A stretch of DNA of 64,000 nucleotides, taken from positions 384,001-448,000 of the forward strand of contig CP147778.1 of the NCBI GenBank assembly GCA_037305845.1, in the 5' to 3' direction. Each line of letters begins with the position of its first letter. The stretch's first letter is position 1. Made by a program: the position numbers and the translations under genes. This document shows positions 51,129 through 64,000 of the stretch, one piece after another. Source of the stretch: Candidatus Freyarchaeum deiterrae. Lineage in GTDB: Archaea > Asgardarchaeota > Jordiarchaeia > Jordiarchaeales > Jordiarchaeaceae. The notes under the pieces were generated by a model that worked only from the letters and a program-made list of their open reading frames with translations, made no database searches and was not told where the DNA came from.

Positions 51129-53060
51129 TTACTTTTTCTCTTCGTCAACTACTCTGTAGTCCGCGTCAACAACTTTCTCTTTCTTGCCTTCTCCAGAGGG
51201 ATTTTCTGCATAACTCGCTTCTGCTTGTGATGCTCCAGAGTCTCGCTCATATGCTTGTTTTGCCTGTTGTTGATATGCTGTCTGTTGGCGTTGTGCTGTC
51301 TGTTGGTATGCCGCTGTACCCACTTCTTGTAGAATGTTTTTCAAAGCCTCAATTTTGGTCTTGATTGGTTCTGTATCTTTTCCTTTCATCGTGTCCTGTA
51401 ACTCTTTAACTGCTTCTTCTAATCTGCCTTTCTGATCTGAGGTTACTTTGCTACCCAGGTCCTTTATGGTCTTATTCGTCGTGTAAATCAGTGATTCTGC
51501 TTCATTTCTGGTCTCCGCCTCTTCCTTCTTTCTGCGGTCCTGATCCGAGAACTGGTCCGCTTCTCTTACCATGCGTTCCTTATCTCTACCGGAAAGCTTG
51601 GTCGAAGCGGTTATGGTTATTTTCTGCTCGTTTCCCGTAGCCAAATCCTTAGCGGATACATTCAGTATGCCGTTCGCATCTATATCGAAGGTAACCTCAA
51701 TCTGCGGCACTCCTCTGGGTGCTGGTGGGATACCTGTTAGGTTGAACATTCCCAGCGAAACATTGTCAGCAGCCATTGCCCGCTCACCCTGAATAACGTG
51801 AATTGTAACCGTCGTCTGAAAGTCTGAAGCTGTGGAGAATATCTGACTTTTCCTTGTTGGAATAGTGGTGTTTCTATCAATAACTTTGGTGGCAACTCCT
51901 CCCAGTGTTTCTACACCGAGGGTTAGAGGAGTTACGTCGAGTAGCAGAATATCGGTTACCTCTCCCGCGAGCACACCACCCTGGATAGCGGCTCCCATAG
52001 CCACACACTCCATGGGGTCTACTCCTCCCTCCGGGGGCTTATGCATAATGTCCTCCACGAATTTGCGGACTATGGGCATTCTGGTTGGTCCGCCTACGAG
52101 AATAATTTTGGCAATATCGTTAGGAGTGATTTTAGCGTCGGAGAGAGCTTGCTGCATTGGTCCTCGGCAGCGCTCAATAATGGGAGTAACCAGTTCCTCC
52201 AGCTTCGCCCTCGTCAGGGTCATACTCAGGTTCTTGGGTCCGCTCTTGTCCGAAGCTAGGAATGGAAGATTTATACTCGCTGTTAACGAGGTAGAGAGCT
52301 CTATCTTTGCGGTTTCCCCCGCTTCCCTAAGTCTTTGCATGGCTGTTGGATCTTTATGTAGGTCGATTCCAGTGCTCTTTCTGAACTCTCCTGCTAGATA
52401 TTCGAGAATTGCGTTGTCCATGTCCGTGCCGCCGAGCTGGGTATTTCCGCTGGTGGATTTTACCTCGAAAACACCTCCACCGAACTCCATTATTGTAACA
52501 TCGAGCGTGCCGCCTCCGAAGTCAAAAACCATGATTCGCATCTCTTTCTCAGCCTTGTCCAAACCGTAAGCCAAGGAAGCTGCAGTAGGTTCATTTATGA
52601 TTCTCACGACATCCAAGCCAGCAATGGTACCCGCATCTTTAGTCGCCTGCCTCTGATTGTCGTTAAAGTATGCTGGAACAGTGATTACCGCTTTGTTTAC
52701 TTTTTCTCCTAGGAAAGCTTCTGCATCCCTCTTTATCTTCTGGAGAAGGAACGCTGAAATCTGCTGAGGTGTGTATTCCTTACCTCGAATTTTCACCCTG
52801 TAGTCGGTGCCCATTTTTCTCTTAATAGCCATTACTGTTCCTTCAGGGTTTGTAATAGCCTGTCGCCTTGCGGGTTCGCCTACAAGGAGTGTTCCGTCCT
52901 CGGTAAATGCCACGAATGAGGGAAACGCTTTTCCGTAGAGTGATGTTCCCTCTGCGCTTGGTATTATTACTGGTCTGCCAGCCTCCATAACTGCGGCTGC
53001 AGAGTTACTTGTACCCAAATCTATACCAATTATTTTTTCCTTATTTCCTGACTTTGACAT
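51129..53060 (-). CDS. dnaK: Chaperone DnaK (Hsp70)
   Basis: [47 protein letters not shown]. Confidence 0.98.
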   Translation of the reverse strand: MSKSGNKEKIIGIDLGTSNSAAAVMEAGRPVIIPSAEGTSLYGKAFPSFVAFTEDGTLLVGEPARRQAITNPEGTVMAIKRKMGTDYRVKIRGKEYTPQQISAFLLQKIKRDAEAFLGEKVNKAVITVPAYFNDNQRQATKDAGTIAGLDVVRIINEPTAASLAYGLDKAEKEMRIMVFDFGGGTLDVTIMEFGGGVFEVKSTSGNTQLGGTDMDNAILEYLAGEFRKSTGIDLHKDPTAMQRLREAGETAKIELSTSLTASINLPFLASDKSGPKNLSMTLTRAKLEELVTPIIERCRGPMQQALSDAKITPNDIAKIILVGGPTRMPIVRKFVEDIMHKPPEGGVDPMECVAMGAAIQGGVLAGEVTDILLLDVTPLTLGVETLGGVATKVIDRNTTIPTRKSQIFSTASDFQTTVTIHVIQGERAMAADNVSLGMFNLTGIPPAPRGVPQIEVTFDIDANGILNVSAKDLATGNEQKITITASTKLSGRDKERMVREADQFSDQDRRKKEEAETRNEAESLIYTTNKTIKDLGSKVTSDQKGRLEEAVKELQDTMKGKDTEPIKTKIEALKNILQEVGTAAYQQTAQRQQTAYQQQAKQAYERDSGASQAEASYAENPSGEGKKEKVVDADYRVVDEEKK

Positions 53061-53080
53061 TTTTTAATGCCTCACAATCG

Positions 53081-53668
53081 TTAATTTTTATTAATTTCAT
53101 TGGAGTTAGCATCAATACTAACTGGCTTTTTTGCTACTTTAACGGTGCTCGGTCTAACTACCTTACCGTTGAGCATGAAGCCCTTTCTCACTTCTTCAAT
53201 CACGGTATTGTGGGGGTGGTCTTCTGTTTGAACCGTGAGTGTAGCTTCGTGTAGCTCTGGATTGAAGGGCTTCCCTAGAGCCTCGATCTCGCATAAACCC
53301 TCCTCACAGAGGAGTTTCTGGAACTTATTGAAAACCATCTCCACGCCCTCCACCAAAGTTTCCTTATCTTCAGCATCTTTGCCGTTCTTGATTGCAAGCT
53401 CCAGTTCATCCAGAACCACTAGAAGCTTGGTGATCAATCGTGCTTTCTCCCGGTTTAGTATTTCCCCCTTCTCCTTCTCCATTCTCTTCCTGTAGTTTTC
53501 GAAATCAGCCTGTAGATACTTCAACCTGTTTAAATTATCTTCCGCTCTTTTCTTTTCTTCTTCCAAAGATTTTTCCAACAATTTCATCTCTTTGGCTTCG
53601 TCCTGGATTTCCTTCTTACCTTTCTTATCCTTTGATTCTTTTGTATTCTCCTTCCCGGGTTCAGCCAT
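53081..53668 (-). CDS. grpE: Nucleotide exchange factor GrpE
   Basis: ADFENYRKR, FNPELHEA, GFML..KVVRPSTVKV. Confidence 0.96.
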   Translation of the reverse strand: MAEPGKENTKESKDKKGKKEIQDEAKEMKLLEKSLEEEKKRAEDNLNRLKYLQADFENYRKRMEKEKGEILNREKARLITKLLVVLDELELAIKNGKDAEDKETLVEGVEMVFNKFQKLLCEEGLCEIEALGKPFNPELHEATLTVQTEDHPHNTVIEEVRKGFMLNGKVVRPSTVKVAKKPVSIDANSNEINKN

Positions 53669-53728
53669 AAAGATTCACCCCAATGTTCTCTATATAAATA
53701 ACTTCATCATTGTAATATAAAGGTCACC

Positions 53729-54433
53729 TTAACGCTTGGATTTTTGCTCCTTTTCCTCTATTGTTTTTAGCCCTTTCTCCTTCAGACCTCTAACAACTTC
53801 CTCCACGGTACTCTCCCTCATGTCGAGTTGCTCTGATATCAACTCGCATGAAACTTTTTTCTGATTCAGAATCCTATGCATAACTCTTCGTTCCTGGCTG
53901 GTCATATTTCCCATCGATAGGCAAGCTTCCTTCATAGCTAGGTTCCTTATGTAGAGCAATTTGGCACGCTTCTTCTCCATTAGGTCAACTTCATCTTCTA
54001 CATCAGAAATAAAAATGTTTAGCGCATCCAGCTTTTCTCCCTTTTCTTTAGCAGTAGTTATTTTATGCAGTCGTTTTTCAAGTTCGTCTTGGTCTGTTTT
54101 ATCATCAATCCACTCTTCGGGGTTATCAAAACACTTCAGTGACTCCATGTACAGGTTTGGGGCGAAATCTATTCTTAAAGAATAGAATTTTTTGATAGAA
54201 TACTGTTTTCTCTTCGGGCCTGCTGGGCTTTCTTCCTCGGTGCTCTCAATTATGCCCTCCGTCTCCATGTTATTAAGGTGCTTATTCACATTCTGCTGTC
54301 CCAGTTTTAGCTCTTTCGCCAACTGTAGAGCATAAGTCGGCTCTTCACTAAGCTTCTGAATAATCTTCCTCTTGACAGGATTATCAAGGACTGACACAAC
54401 CAATTCCAGTTCATCTTGATTACAACTACCCAT
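53729..54433 (-). CDS. Winged-helix regulator, Phr/HSR1-like heat-shock repressor
   Basis: NPVKRKIIQKL..EP.Y..QL, KHL..ME, GPKRKQY, coiled coil; sits between hsp20 and grpE. Confidence 0.78.
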   Translation of the reverse strand: MGSCNQDELELVVSVLDNPVKRKIIQKLSEEPTYALQLAKELKLGQQNVNKHLNNMETEGIIESTEEESPAGPKRKQYSIKKFYSLRIDFAPNLYMESLKCFDNPEEWIDDKTDQDELEKRLHKITTAKEKGEKLDALNIFISDVEDEVDLMEKKRAKLLYIRNLAMKEACLSMGNMTSQERRVMHRILNQKKVSCELISEQLDMRESTVEEVVRGLKEKGLKTIEEKEQKSKR

Positions 54434-54578
54434 AATTCCCACCACAATCATTTTTTAGATAAGAGGAAATGAGCTAACTTATCCAACCTCTTTCCTACAT
54501 AGCTTTAACTCGAGCACGCTGCGCCTCCTCCTCCTGGGCTTTTACATGTTGCAGTCCAGTTTACAACTTATCCCATTT

Positions 54579-54618
54579 TACAAATTATAGTTGTCTACTC
54601 CAAGTTTATTTATTTAAA
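54579..54618 (-). promoter_or_regulatory. TATA box (54611-54618) with ACAAC-N5-TTTGT palindrome (54579-54594) at the predicted transcription start
   Basis: CGAAA..TTTAAATA on the minus strand; same motif and spacing as at hsp20. Confidence 0.6.
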
Positions 54619-54763
54619 CATTTCGCATATCAAATTAATTAAAAAGGAAGACAGAAAAATAAAAAATCTAAAGCATTCTTGAAAAAAGCATCATAATTAC
54701 TCGCAAAATATTACAATAAAAATTATACAAAGGAGGATGAATAAAGGGATTTTACCATTTCCC

Positions 54764-55312
54764 TTAACCTTCCTTGATTTCCACTTTTACCGGTTTTTCT
54801 ATTGTAGTGGGTTCCTTCTTAGGTATTTTCACTGTGAGGATTCCATTCTTTATTTCGGCTTTAGCCTTATTGGGTATAACCTCTTTAGGGAAGACTAAGT
54901 ATCTTCTGAATGATGTGTATGATCTTTCCCTATGGATATACTGCTTTCCCTTCTCCTCTTTGTCTTCCACAGCTTCTGCGGTTATGTCCAATCCTTCTTT
55001 GGTAACATTAATCTTTAGCTCTTTTTTCGTAATTCCGGGCATTTCCGCTTTAACAGTGTAACTGTCACCATTATCTACGAGATCCACACTTGGGTATCTT
55101 ACTACGGGTTCAAACTCTGAGAACCACTCTGGGGATATTACCTCGTACCACGGTCTGGTAAGATAATCTACAGTTCTCTTGAAATCTTCAACTACGTCGT
55201 CGAATGGCCGTGATGTAGTGGCATCTGTTTTAGTTCTTGTTGTTGTAATATCTGTTTTTTCTTCGGTCTCTTCTTCTTCCTCCTCCTCTTCCGGTACATT
55301 TTCGTCGCTCAT
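54764..55312 (-). CDS. hsp20: Small heat-shock protein (Hsp20) with acidic N-terminus
   Basis: Alpha-crystallin domain (AEMPG, ERSY..FRR, NGILTV.IPK), C-terminal VxI motif. Confidence 0.93.
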   Translation of the reverse strand: MSDENVPEEEEEEEETEEKTDITTTRTKTDATTSRPFDDVVEDFKRTVDYLTRPWYEVISPEWFSEFEPVVRYPSVDLVDNGDSYTVKAEMPGITKKELKINVTKEGLDITAEAVEDKEEKGKQYIHRERSYTSFRRYLVFPKEVIPNKAKAEIKNGILTVKIPKKEPTTIEKPVKVEIKEG

Positions 55313-55347
55313 TTATTATTTCCTCCATTATTCATCTTATTATAGTA

Positions 55348-55395
55348 TACAAACTCCAGTTGTAAACTTGGAAGGCATGACATATAAATCTTTTG
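55348..55395 (-). promoter_or_regulatory. hsp20 BRE/TATA (55382-55395) with palindrome TACAAACTCCAGTTGTA (55348-55364)
   Basis: CAAAAG-ATTTATAT on the minus strand; palindrome about 25 nt downstream of the TATA 5' end. Confidence 0.6.
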
Positions 55396-55610
55396 GTTAA
55401 CAACCTCACCGCAACCAACAGAAAACACAACAACAAAAACCAAAGAAAACCCAAGACACACAAATTAACCAAAATATAAAAATCAAAAACAAGTAATGAA
55501 AGTACCACTCAACAAAGGGCATTCGTCACCCCTTTTGTTGGAGGGTGGTTCCAGTAATTTGAATGCTTCCAACTCCCGAGGTTGAAATAGCTAAAAATAA
55601 ACACAGATTG

Positions 55611-56276
55611 TTATTCTTTTTCGTCAAGCTTTTCTCTCAATTCGGGAATACTCTTTACTTCAATATCCGCTAAAGGAGTGGGAATCTCTTTTTCACTTAC
55701 TAGTGTGGTTTTCATTCCTAACTTCTTGGCTGGTGCCAAATCCGATGAAACGCTGTCCCCGACCATCATTACGTAGGAGGGCTTCAAGCCAAAGGTTTTT
55801 ATTATAAGTTTGAATGGTTCGGGATCTGGTTTCCCTTTTTCCGTTTCGCTAGCGGTGATTAGGGGTTCGAAGAGATTCGAATCTAAACCTAGTGCTTTAA
55901 GAATGTTAAGTGTGGTTTTTCGGCTCAGATTAGTTAGCATGGCGATTTTCCATTTTCCCTTCATGTAATCCAGTGTTTTCCTTAGTTCGGGGTCGGGTTT
56001 AAGGAACTTTGAAGCGTCCACAGAGTCTACAGCCTTGTAGAAATCCGCTCTCGAGATACCCATTCGGTCAACTATGTCGGAAACGGGGGGTCTTCTGAAA
56101 CCCTGTCCCCTAAGTTCCTCAACTATCTTTAGAAATTCTTTAAGGATCTCCTCCTCGCTCTTTCCGGTCTTTTCTTTGATAAGTTTAAACACCTGCGAAC
56201 GCCACTCGTTCGCCAGCTCCTTTGAGTTGTAGAGTGTACCCTCCAAGTCAAAAATCAGAGCCTTAACATCCAACAC
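55611..56276 (-). CDS. HAD-superfamily hydrolase
   Basis: FDLEGTL, LTN, KPDP, MVGDS..SD. Confidence 0.88.
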   Translation of the reverse strand: MLDVKALIFDLEGTLYNSKELANEWRSQVFKLIKEKTGKSEEEILKEFLKIVEELRGQGFRRPPVSDIVDRMGISRADFYKAVDSVDASKFLKPDPELRKTLDYMKGKWKIAMLTNLSRKTTLNILKALGLDSNLFEPLITASETEKGKPDPEPFKLIIKTFGLKPSYVMMVGDSVSSDLAPAKKLGMKTTLVSEKEIPTPLADIEVKSIPELREKLDEKE

Positions 56277-56519
56277 TAGGCACCCCTAAAAATCAAACGG
56301 ACTTGATTAAAATACCATGCCTCAGCAATTACTCAAAAGCTTTATGGTAAGTCAAATTCTCCAAAGAAAGATGGATGTAGAGTTTTTCCACAGTCCTGTT
56401 GTTTGGGAATCAGAAAAAAATAAATCTGAGACCTAGTTAATAAAAATCATACTCTCTAAGTTACGGAGAGTATAAAGGCATGGGAGAGGGTAGACCTTAC
56501 AGTAGTAGGAGGAGTTTTT

Positions 56520-57392
56520 ATGGAGAAGAAGTATCCTTATGGAAAAGGGATAGTTAAATGGATTTCAACCGACTGGTTGATGGATCATCTTGAAGATAAA
56601 AACTTTATGATTTTGGACACTCAACCGGACATCCACGATTATATCCAAGAGCATATACCTAACGCAGTCTACATGAGCGAGAAAATGCTGCGTGCCCCCT
56701 TAAGGAGAATGCCCGGTGCATACGTTTCTCCGGATATTGCCCAGCTAATCTACCGCCGCCTAGGCCTGCGGCCGAATGTACCGGTAATTGTCTATACAGG
56801 TACTGGGCCTTTCAAAGGTTGGGGCGATGGCTTGGAACAGACGATGGTAGTGTATAGTCTAATCCGCTTTGGTCACAACAATGTCTACGTTCTCGATGGG
56901 GGCATTGACAAATGGAAGGCAGAGGAGGGTACGCTCACCAAAGTCTACACCAACGTTGAAGAGTCCAACTTTAAAGTAAAGGTTCGACGCGAATTCTTTG
57001 TTGAATACGAAGAATTCAAGAAGATAAAGGACAATGAAGATGTGCTCCTGCTGGATGCACGCCCTACAAACGTTTACGAGGGTCAAGGGCCATGGATTAA
57101 GCCCGGACATATCCCCGGAGCGGTCAATCTGCCGTGGGCCAGCCTTATGGACGATAAGAACAAGCGGTTGCTCAAGCCCGACGATGCGATTCAATCTATT
57201 CTGGATGCACATAACGCAACACCGGACAAGAACATTATCTGCTCGTGCGGAACGGGTCGCGAAGCGACCAACGAGTTTCTCCTGTTTAAGTACTATCTGA
57301 GCTATCCCAATGTCAAAATTTATGAGGGTTCCTTCACCGAATGGGTTGATTACCCCGAAAACCCAACGGTGGTTGGAAAAAGCCCTCGCTAA
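56520..57392 (+). CDS. Tandem-domain sulfurtransferase (rhodanese)
   Basis: [29 protein letters not shown] active site, YEGSFTEW. Confidence 0.92.
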   Translation: MEKKYPYGKGIVKWISTDWLMDHLEDKNFMILDTQPDIHDYIQEHIPNAVYMSEKMLRAPLRRMPGAYVSPDIAQLIYRRLGLRPNVPVIVYTGTGPFKGWGDGLEQTMVVYSLIRFGHNNVYVLDGGIDKWKAEEGTLTKVYTNVEESNFKVKVRREFFVEYEEFKKIKDNEDVLLLDARPTNVYEGQGPWIKPGHIPGAVNLPWASLMDDKNKRLLKPDDAIQSILDAHNATPDKNIICSCGTGREATNEFLLFKYYLSYPNVKIYEGSFTEWVDYPENPTVVGKSPR

Positions 57393-57480
57393 TTGAATCG
57401 AATTGCATTGAATTATCTCTGACTGCTCCACCTTCGGCCTGTTATTAATTAAATGACATCTTAGCTAGCGTTTCGTCAAA

Positions 57481-58032
57481 TCACCGCTTAGTGCTTACCT
57501 CAACTCCGTCTTCGTCTGCTGGAATATATTTGCTATCGTATTTTCCAGAGGTTCTCACATAGTTCAAGTAGTCCCTCATAAGCTTCTCGAATATTCCTGC
57601 ATTATCCGCCACAACAACACTTCCATTGTGAAGCTGATCCTCAATTAACCGCAGATAATTCATATATTCTCTTTTTTCAGCGTCGAGGAAGACCATGTCG
57701 AATTTGTCTTTAATCATTGGCAAAAGTTCCATGGCATTTCCGACCAGTACCTCTACGACTGGCTTTATTTCGGCTTTGAGTATGTTCTCCTTCGCCGTCT
57801 TCGCCTCAGCCGCGTCGATCTCAATTGTAATAATACTTGCGTCACTCTCCAATTCTTTTCCCATCAGGATTGCCGAGTAGCCAATAAGTGTTCCAATTTC
57901 CAGAACGCGTTTGGGTTTAATCTTATGAATAACCTCCACTAGAATTTTACCCTTGCGCGGGCCAATTATAGGAAGTGACTCCTCCTCCGACATCTTTTCT
58001 ATAGTTCTTAAAATCTTATCCGCTTTGCTCAT
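57481..58032 (-). CDS. O-methyltransferase (COMT-like)
   Basis: LEIGTLIGYS, FDMVFLDAEK, VADN. Confidence 0.9.
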   Translation of the reverse strand: MSKADKILRTIEKMSEEESLPIIGPRKGKILVEVIHKIKPKRVLEIGTLIGYSAILMGKELESDASIITIEIDAAEAKTAKENILKAEIKPVVEVLVGNAMELLPMIKDKFDMVFLDAEKREYMNYLRLIEDQLHNGSVVVADNAGIFEKLMRDYLNYVRTSGKYDSKYIPADEDGVEVSTKR

Positions 58033-58288
58033 AGTTATTCCCTATATCATCATTATACTCTAATCAATTTCAAATTTCTAGAGAAACTTTCTACCTAAAA
58101 TTATGGTTTCGGCATCTGCGATATTCTGCTGAAATCTTGTTTCCTCAACGGGGTGAAAGCAATCTTTTCAATTTAAAGATAGAAAAATAGGAATGGTTTA
58201 TGAAGCAGCTCATTCCATTTGTATCTTTCATTATTACTATGAGCTAGGATATTCACAAGCCTAAATTAGGCTAGTCAACGCTTTTTCA

Positions 58289-58855
58289 CTAATCAGCGTT
58301 TCCTTTTAGTCTTCTAGTCCAATTAACTAGATACTGTAGTACTAATTTTAATATTTCTCTTGTTTGCTGATCTTTAAGTTTGCCTTTGTCATCAAATTTT
58401 TCTGTTGCATTTGTTAAAAAGAATTCTGGGGCGTTCATAGGATGCATGTTAAGAGTAACGCAGATTTGTCTAAGATGATACTGGGCTTTCGCAGCTCCGA
58501 AAGGTCCTATGGATGCGCTCAATATACCGACTGGCTTATCGTTAAAGGGATTGTCCCCGAAAGGTCTTGAAGCGGCATCGATTGCGTTTTTTAGAACACC
58601 GGATACAGAGTAGTTGTATTCTGGTGTTGCAATTAGAAGAGCGTCTGCAGCCTTAATTTTTGCTTTGAAGTCCTTAACCTTTTGGGGCGGATTATTTTCG
58701 AAGTCTTGATTGAATGGGGGGATTCCCTCAAGGTCAAATATCTCGAGTTTTGCATCCTTCGGCAACACTTCCATAGCTGCACGTAGCAATGCTTTGTTGT
58801 AAGAACCTTTTCTTAAACTACCTGCAAAACCTAAAATAGAAATTTGATTAGCCAT
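58289..58855 (-). CDS. NAD(P)H-dependent FMN reductase
   Basis: GSLRKGSYN, TPEYNYS..GVLKNAID. Confidence 0.92.
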   Translation of the reverse strand: MANQISILGFAGSLRKGSYNKALLRAAMEVLPKDAKLEIFDLEGIPPFNQDFENNPPQKVKDFKAKIKAADALLIATPEYNYSVSGVLKNAIDAASRPFGDNPFNDKPVGILSASIGPFGAAKAQYHLRQICVTLNMHPMNAPEFFLTNATEKFDDKGKLKDQQTREILKLVLQYLVNWTRRLKGNAD

Positions 58856-59044
58856 AATTTACCTCCTCTTAATTTGCCCACTCATGGTTCACAAGAAAAA
58901 GAAAAGGGGTAACCTTCCTTAAATTGTTATCGCATGTAAAATGAGTTAGTAAACTTGCATATTCTATGTTACTATCCTCAATATGGAAACGCTTATTAGT
59001 TTCAGCCTTTTCATCTATTTACTCATACGAGAAGGAGGGATGTC

Positions 59045-59356
59045 ATGCCAATAGATCCTGATTTTCAGAAGAATCGAAAGATCGCCAATCAACATCAAGG
59101 CCATAATGTCTGGGGGCCAGTGAAACCCCCAAAACAACTTGGCATACATGGAACAAATGTGGCGGTTGACTGGGACATTTGCGAAGGAGACGGCATATGT
59201 ATCGACGTCTGCCCAGTAACCTTATTTGACTGGGGCGATTCTCCGGGGAATCCAATCTCTGACAAGAAATCCGACCCAGCCAGAGAAACAGAATGCATTC
59301 AGTGTATGGCGTGTGAAAATCAATGTCCTGTCCAAGCAATAAAAGTAACCGCCTAA
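59045..59356 (+). CDS. zfx: Zinc-containing dicluster ferredoxin (Sulfolobus/Thermoplasma type)
   Basis: N-terminal extension IDP.F...HxxH.VWGPV.PP..LGIHGT, CxxDxxC..CP, KSDP, CxxCxxC..CP. Confidence 0.88.
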   Translation: MPIDPDFQKNRKIANQHQGHNVWGPVKPPKQLGIHGTNVAVDWDICEGDGICIDVCPVTLFDWGDSPGNPISDKKSDPARETECIQCMACENQCPVQAIKVTA

Positions 59357-59660
59357 GAAATTAGAACATTGACCACTACTTGATCTTCCTATTTTTTATT
59401 TTCATTTTCTTTTTCTAATAACTCAAACCTGCCCCTGAGTAATTCCCAATCAAACGGAATATAATTTATTTCACTCCTTGCAAAATTTTCTCCAATAGTT
59501 TTTCATACATCTTTCCAGAACTGGAAAGGACTTTCCCGTGATGCAATTTGGAGAATAATTGGTTATAGACTCAATTTCTTCGGAATTAAAGTTTGACTGC
59601 ATTCAACCAGATAATAGTCTTATCGAGATGACGAGTGCCAACATCAATGAGTCTATGGTT

Positions 59661-60428
59661 TCATTTTGCCTTTTTCTTACCCCAAATGTAGATCCATCCC
59701 AATTTGCCTTCGATTTTATAATCGCTGAAGGAAGTCTTCGTCATAATCTCTTCTATCTCTTCGCTGGTGTAACTTGCAAGTAGTGAGCCCGTTGGTTCGT
59801 TGATTCTTCTAATTGCATTTGCGCCCAAAAACCTGAGAGCAAAATTCTGAGCAAACCTTAAAAACCACAGGAATAGTCTGCGGGCATCCCTCCTCATGTC
59901 AAGTATCAGCATCTGCCCACCCGGTCTTAGGACCCGGTAAATCTCGTCGAAAGCAGACTGAGGATCAGCCCAATGGTGAAGAGACAGAGTACTCACCACG
60001 AAGTCTTGAGTTCCCATGTCGAAGGGCAAATTGTCTGCAGAACCCTGCCTGAACTCTACCCTTCGGCCATGCCCCATTGAGCGAAAGTTGGCCCTTGCTA
60101 TCTCAACCATCTCATTGGAAATGTCAACACCAACCAGCCTATTCTTTGGCAATTCCTTTGCTATGACCTGCAACAGATATCCCGGACCGCATCCGACATC
60201 GGTGATTGTCCCTTTAACTGCATACTTTTTCAGTTTCTTTACAAAACTCCGCCTGATAAGCCCAAACTGCGGCATCCTGCTTATGCGGTCGTACGCCTCT
60301 GCAGCCTTTGGATCTTCAATTCCTTGTAGGCTCACCGTCCGCGGAATCTTTAGCCGAAATGAACCAACAAGGATGATTAAAAGTAGAACGGCGCATAGAG
60401 CAAGAACGATTAACTCAGTAAAATACAT
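59661..60428 (-). CDS. Class I SAM-dependent methyltransferase with N-terminal TM helix
   Basis: DVGCGPG, GVDIS, SLHHW, RVLRPGG. Confidence 0.88.
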   Translation of the reverse strand: MYFTELIVLALCAVLLLIILVGSFRLKIPRTVSLQGIEDPKAAEAYDRISRMPQFGLIRRSFVKKLKKYAVKGTITDVGCGPGYLLQVIAKELPKNRLVGVDISNEMVEIARANFRSMGHGRRVEFRQGSADNLPFDMGTQDFVVSTLSLHHWADPQSAFDEIYRVLRPGGQMLILDMRRDARRLFLWFLRFAQNFALRFLGANAIRRINEPTGSLLASYTSEEIEEIMTKTSFSDYKIEGKLGWIYIWGKKKAK

Positions 60429-60606
60429 AGTCAGTCACTTTCAACCAGGCATAATATGGTTTTTAAAAGTTATATAGGTTGATGCATAAAAAGTTTTTTT
60501 TGGTGGGTTTTTGTTGCTTTTGTCTACTTCGGAAAGCTCTAATAAAAAGAGAGTAATATAAAAAATATTTGTTAGACAAAAAAGTTAGTAAGGTTATTAT
60601 GCCTAA

Positions 60607-63538
<2,932 letters not shown>

Positions 63539-63597
63539 GTTTTATCATCCCCTTAGTAAGCTACTAAAATTTTAAGTTCAAGTTTGGAGAACTTGTC

Positions 63598-63726
63598 TTA
63601 TCCGCCTGTTGCGGTATGCCTTCCAATGCAGCAGTCGCAGAGAGATGTTTCGCCACAGTACGGACAGCAGCATTGGCATTCGTCTATCGGGTTGCCACAT
63701 GTTTCGCACGTTTCTATTTCTATCAA
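63598..63726 (-). CDS. Cys-rich microprotein, 42 aa with 10 Cys and C-terminal Gly-Gly; absent from the ORF track
   Basis: Manual translation MIEIETCETCGNPIDECQCCCPYCGETSLCDCCIGRHTATGG*; GAGGAGG RBS 9 nt before TTG; stop 59 nt upstream of korA. Confidence 0.75.
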   Translation of the reverse strand: MIEIETCETCGNPIDECQCCCPYCGETSLCDCCIGRHTATGG

Positions 63727-64000
63727 GCTATTTTTCCTCCTCTTATAATCCTTCAAAATATCCCGTGCATTAGGTAGATAAGTTCTATCCGAGAAAAAAA
63801 AGGTTTCGATTTTTGAGACCCGCGTGAACGTTTCCCACTAAGATTTGAGAACTAAATATGAACCAGAAAGTCTGGTGCATTTTGAGGGTTGAATACACTT
63901 TCTGCGGGGGAGATTTTTGTCTTTTTTAGTTTTCAATTCACGTCTAAAATAAGCCTTAAGAAATCTTCTTTAAGAAAAAGGAGGAAAAATCTAGCTGATA

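Noticed and set aside
55495-55565. SECIS or C/D-box RNA reading of the hairpin
   Set aside because: No proper core motifs and no in-frame TGA gene nearby
59511-59528. Perfect inverted repeat ctttccag-aa-ctggaaag
   Set aside because: Isolated, with a 2-nt loop between convergent genes; no second copy or other support

Overview
Gene-dense archaeal chromosomal segment of about 50 CDS. I saw no rRNA, tRNA, CRISPR array or intact transposase. Archaeal origin is supported by an ATP-dependent DNA ligase, an ApgM-type mutase, BRE/TATA promoters, a PolB2 cassette and a Zn-ferredoxin; an Asgard- or Bathyarchaeia-like lineage is my inference only. In order, the window holds: (1) a glycolysis/alpha-glucan cluster rich in bacterial-type enzymes (class II Fba, MalQ, GH57, GlgB, type I GAPDH, three tandem phosphorylases); (2) Tpt1/KptA, an ADP-forming acyl-CoA ligase alpha subunit, an MNT-HEPN toxin-antitoxin pair and a decayed AbrB/PIN remnant; (3) a cassette of inactive RadA-like protein, small protein and PolB2, flanked on both sides by frameshifted surface-protein genes with similar C-terminal anchors; (4) hydrolases, a duplicated stand-alone 7TM protein pair, a P-type ATPase, USP, HtrA and an EF-hand HtpX; (5) an hsp20-regulator-grpE-dnaK-dnaJ locus with a shared palindrome at two promoters; (6) a redox block (rhodanese, FMN reductase, Zn-ferredoxin, korAB) headed by a 42-aa, 10-Cys microprotein ending in Gly-Gly that the ORF track missed. 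The microprotein and the PolB2 cassette with its flanks are the most interesting candidates.
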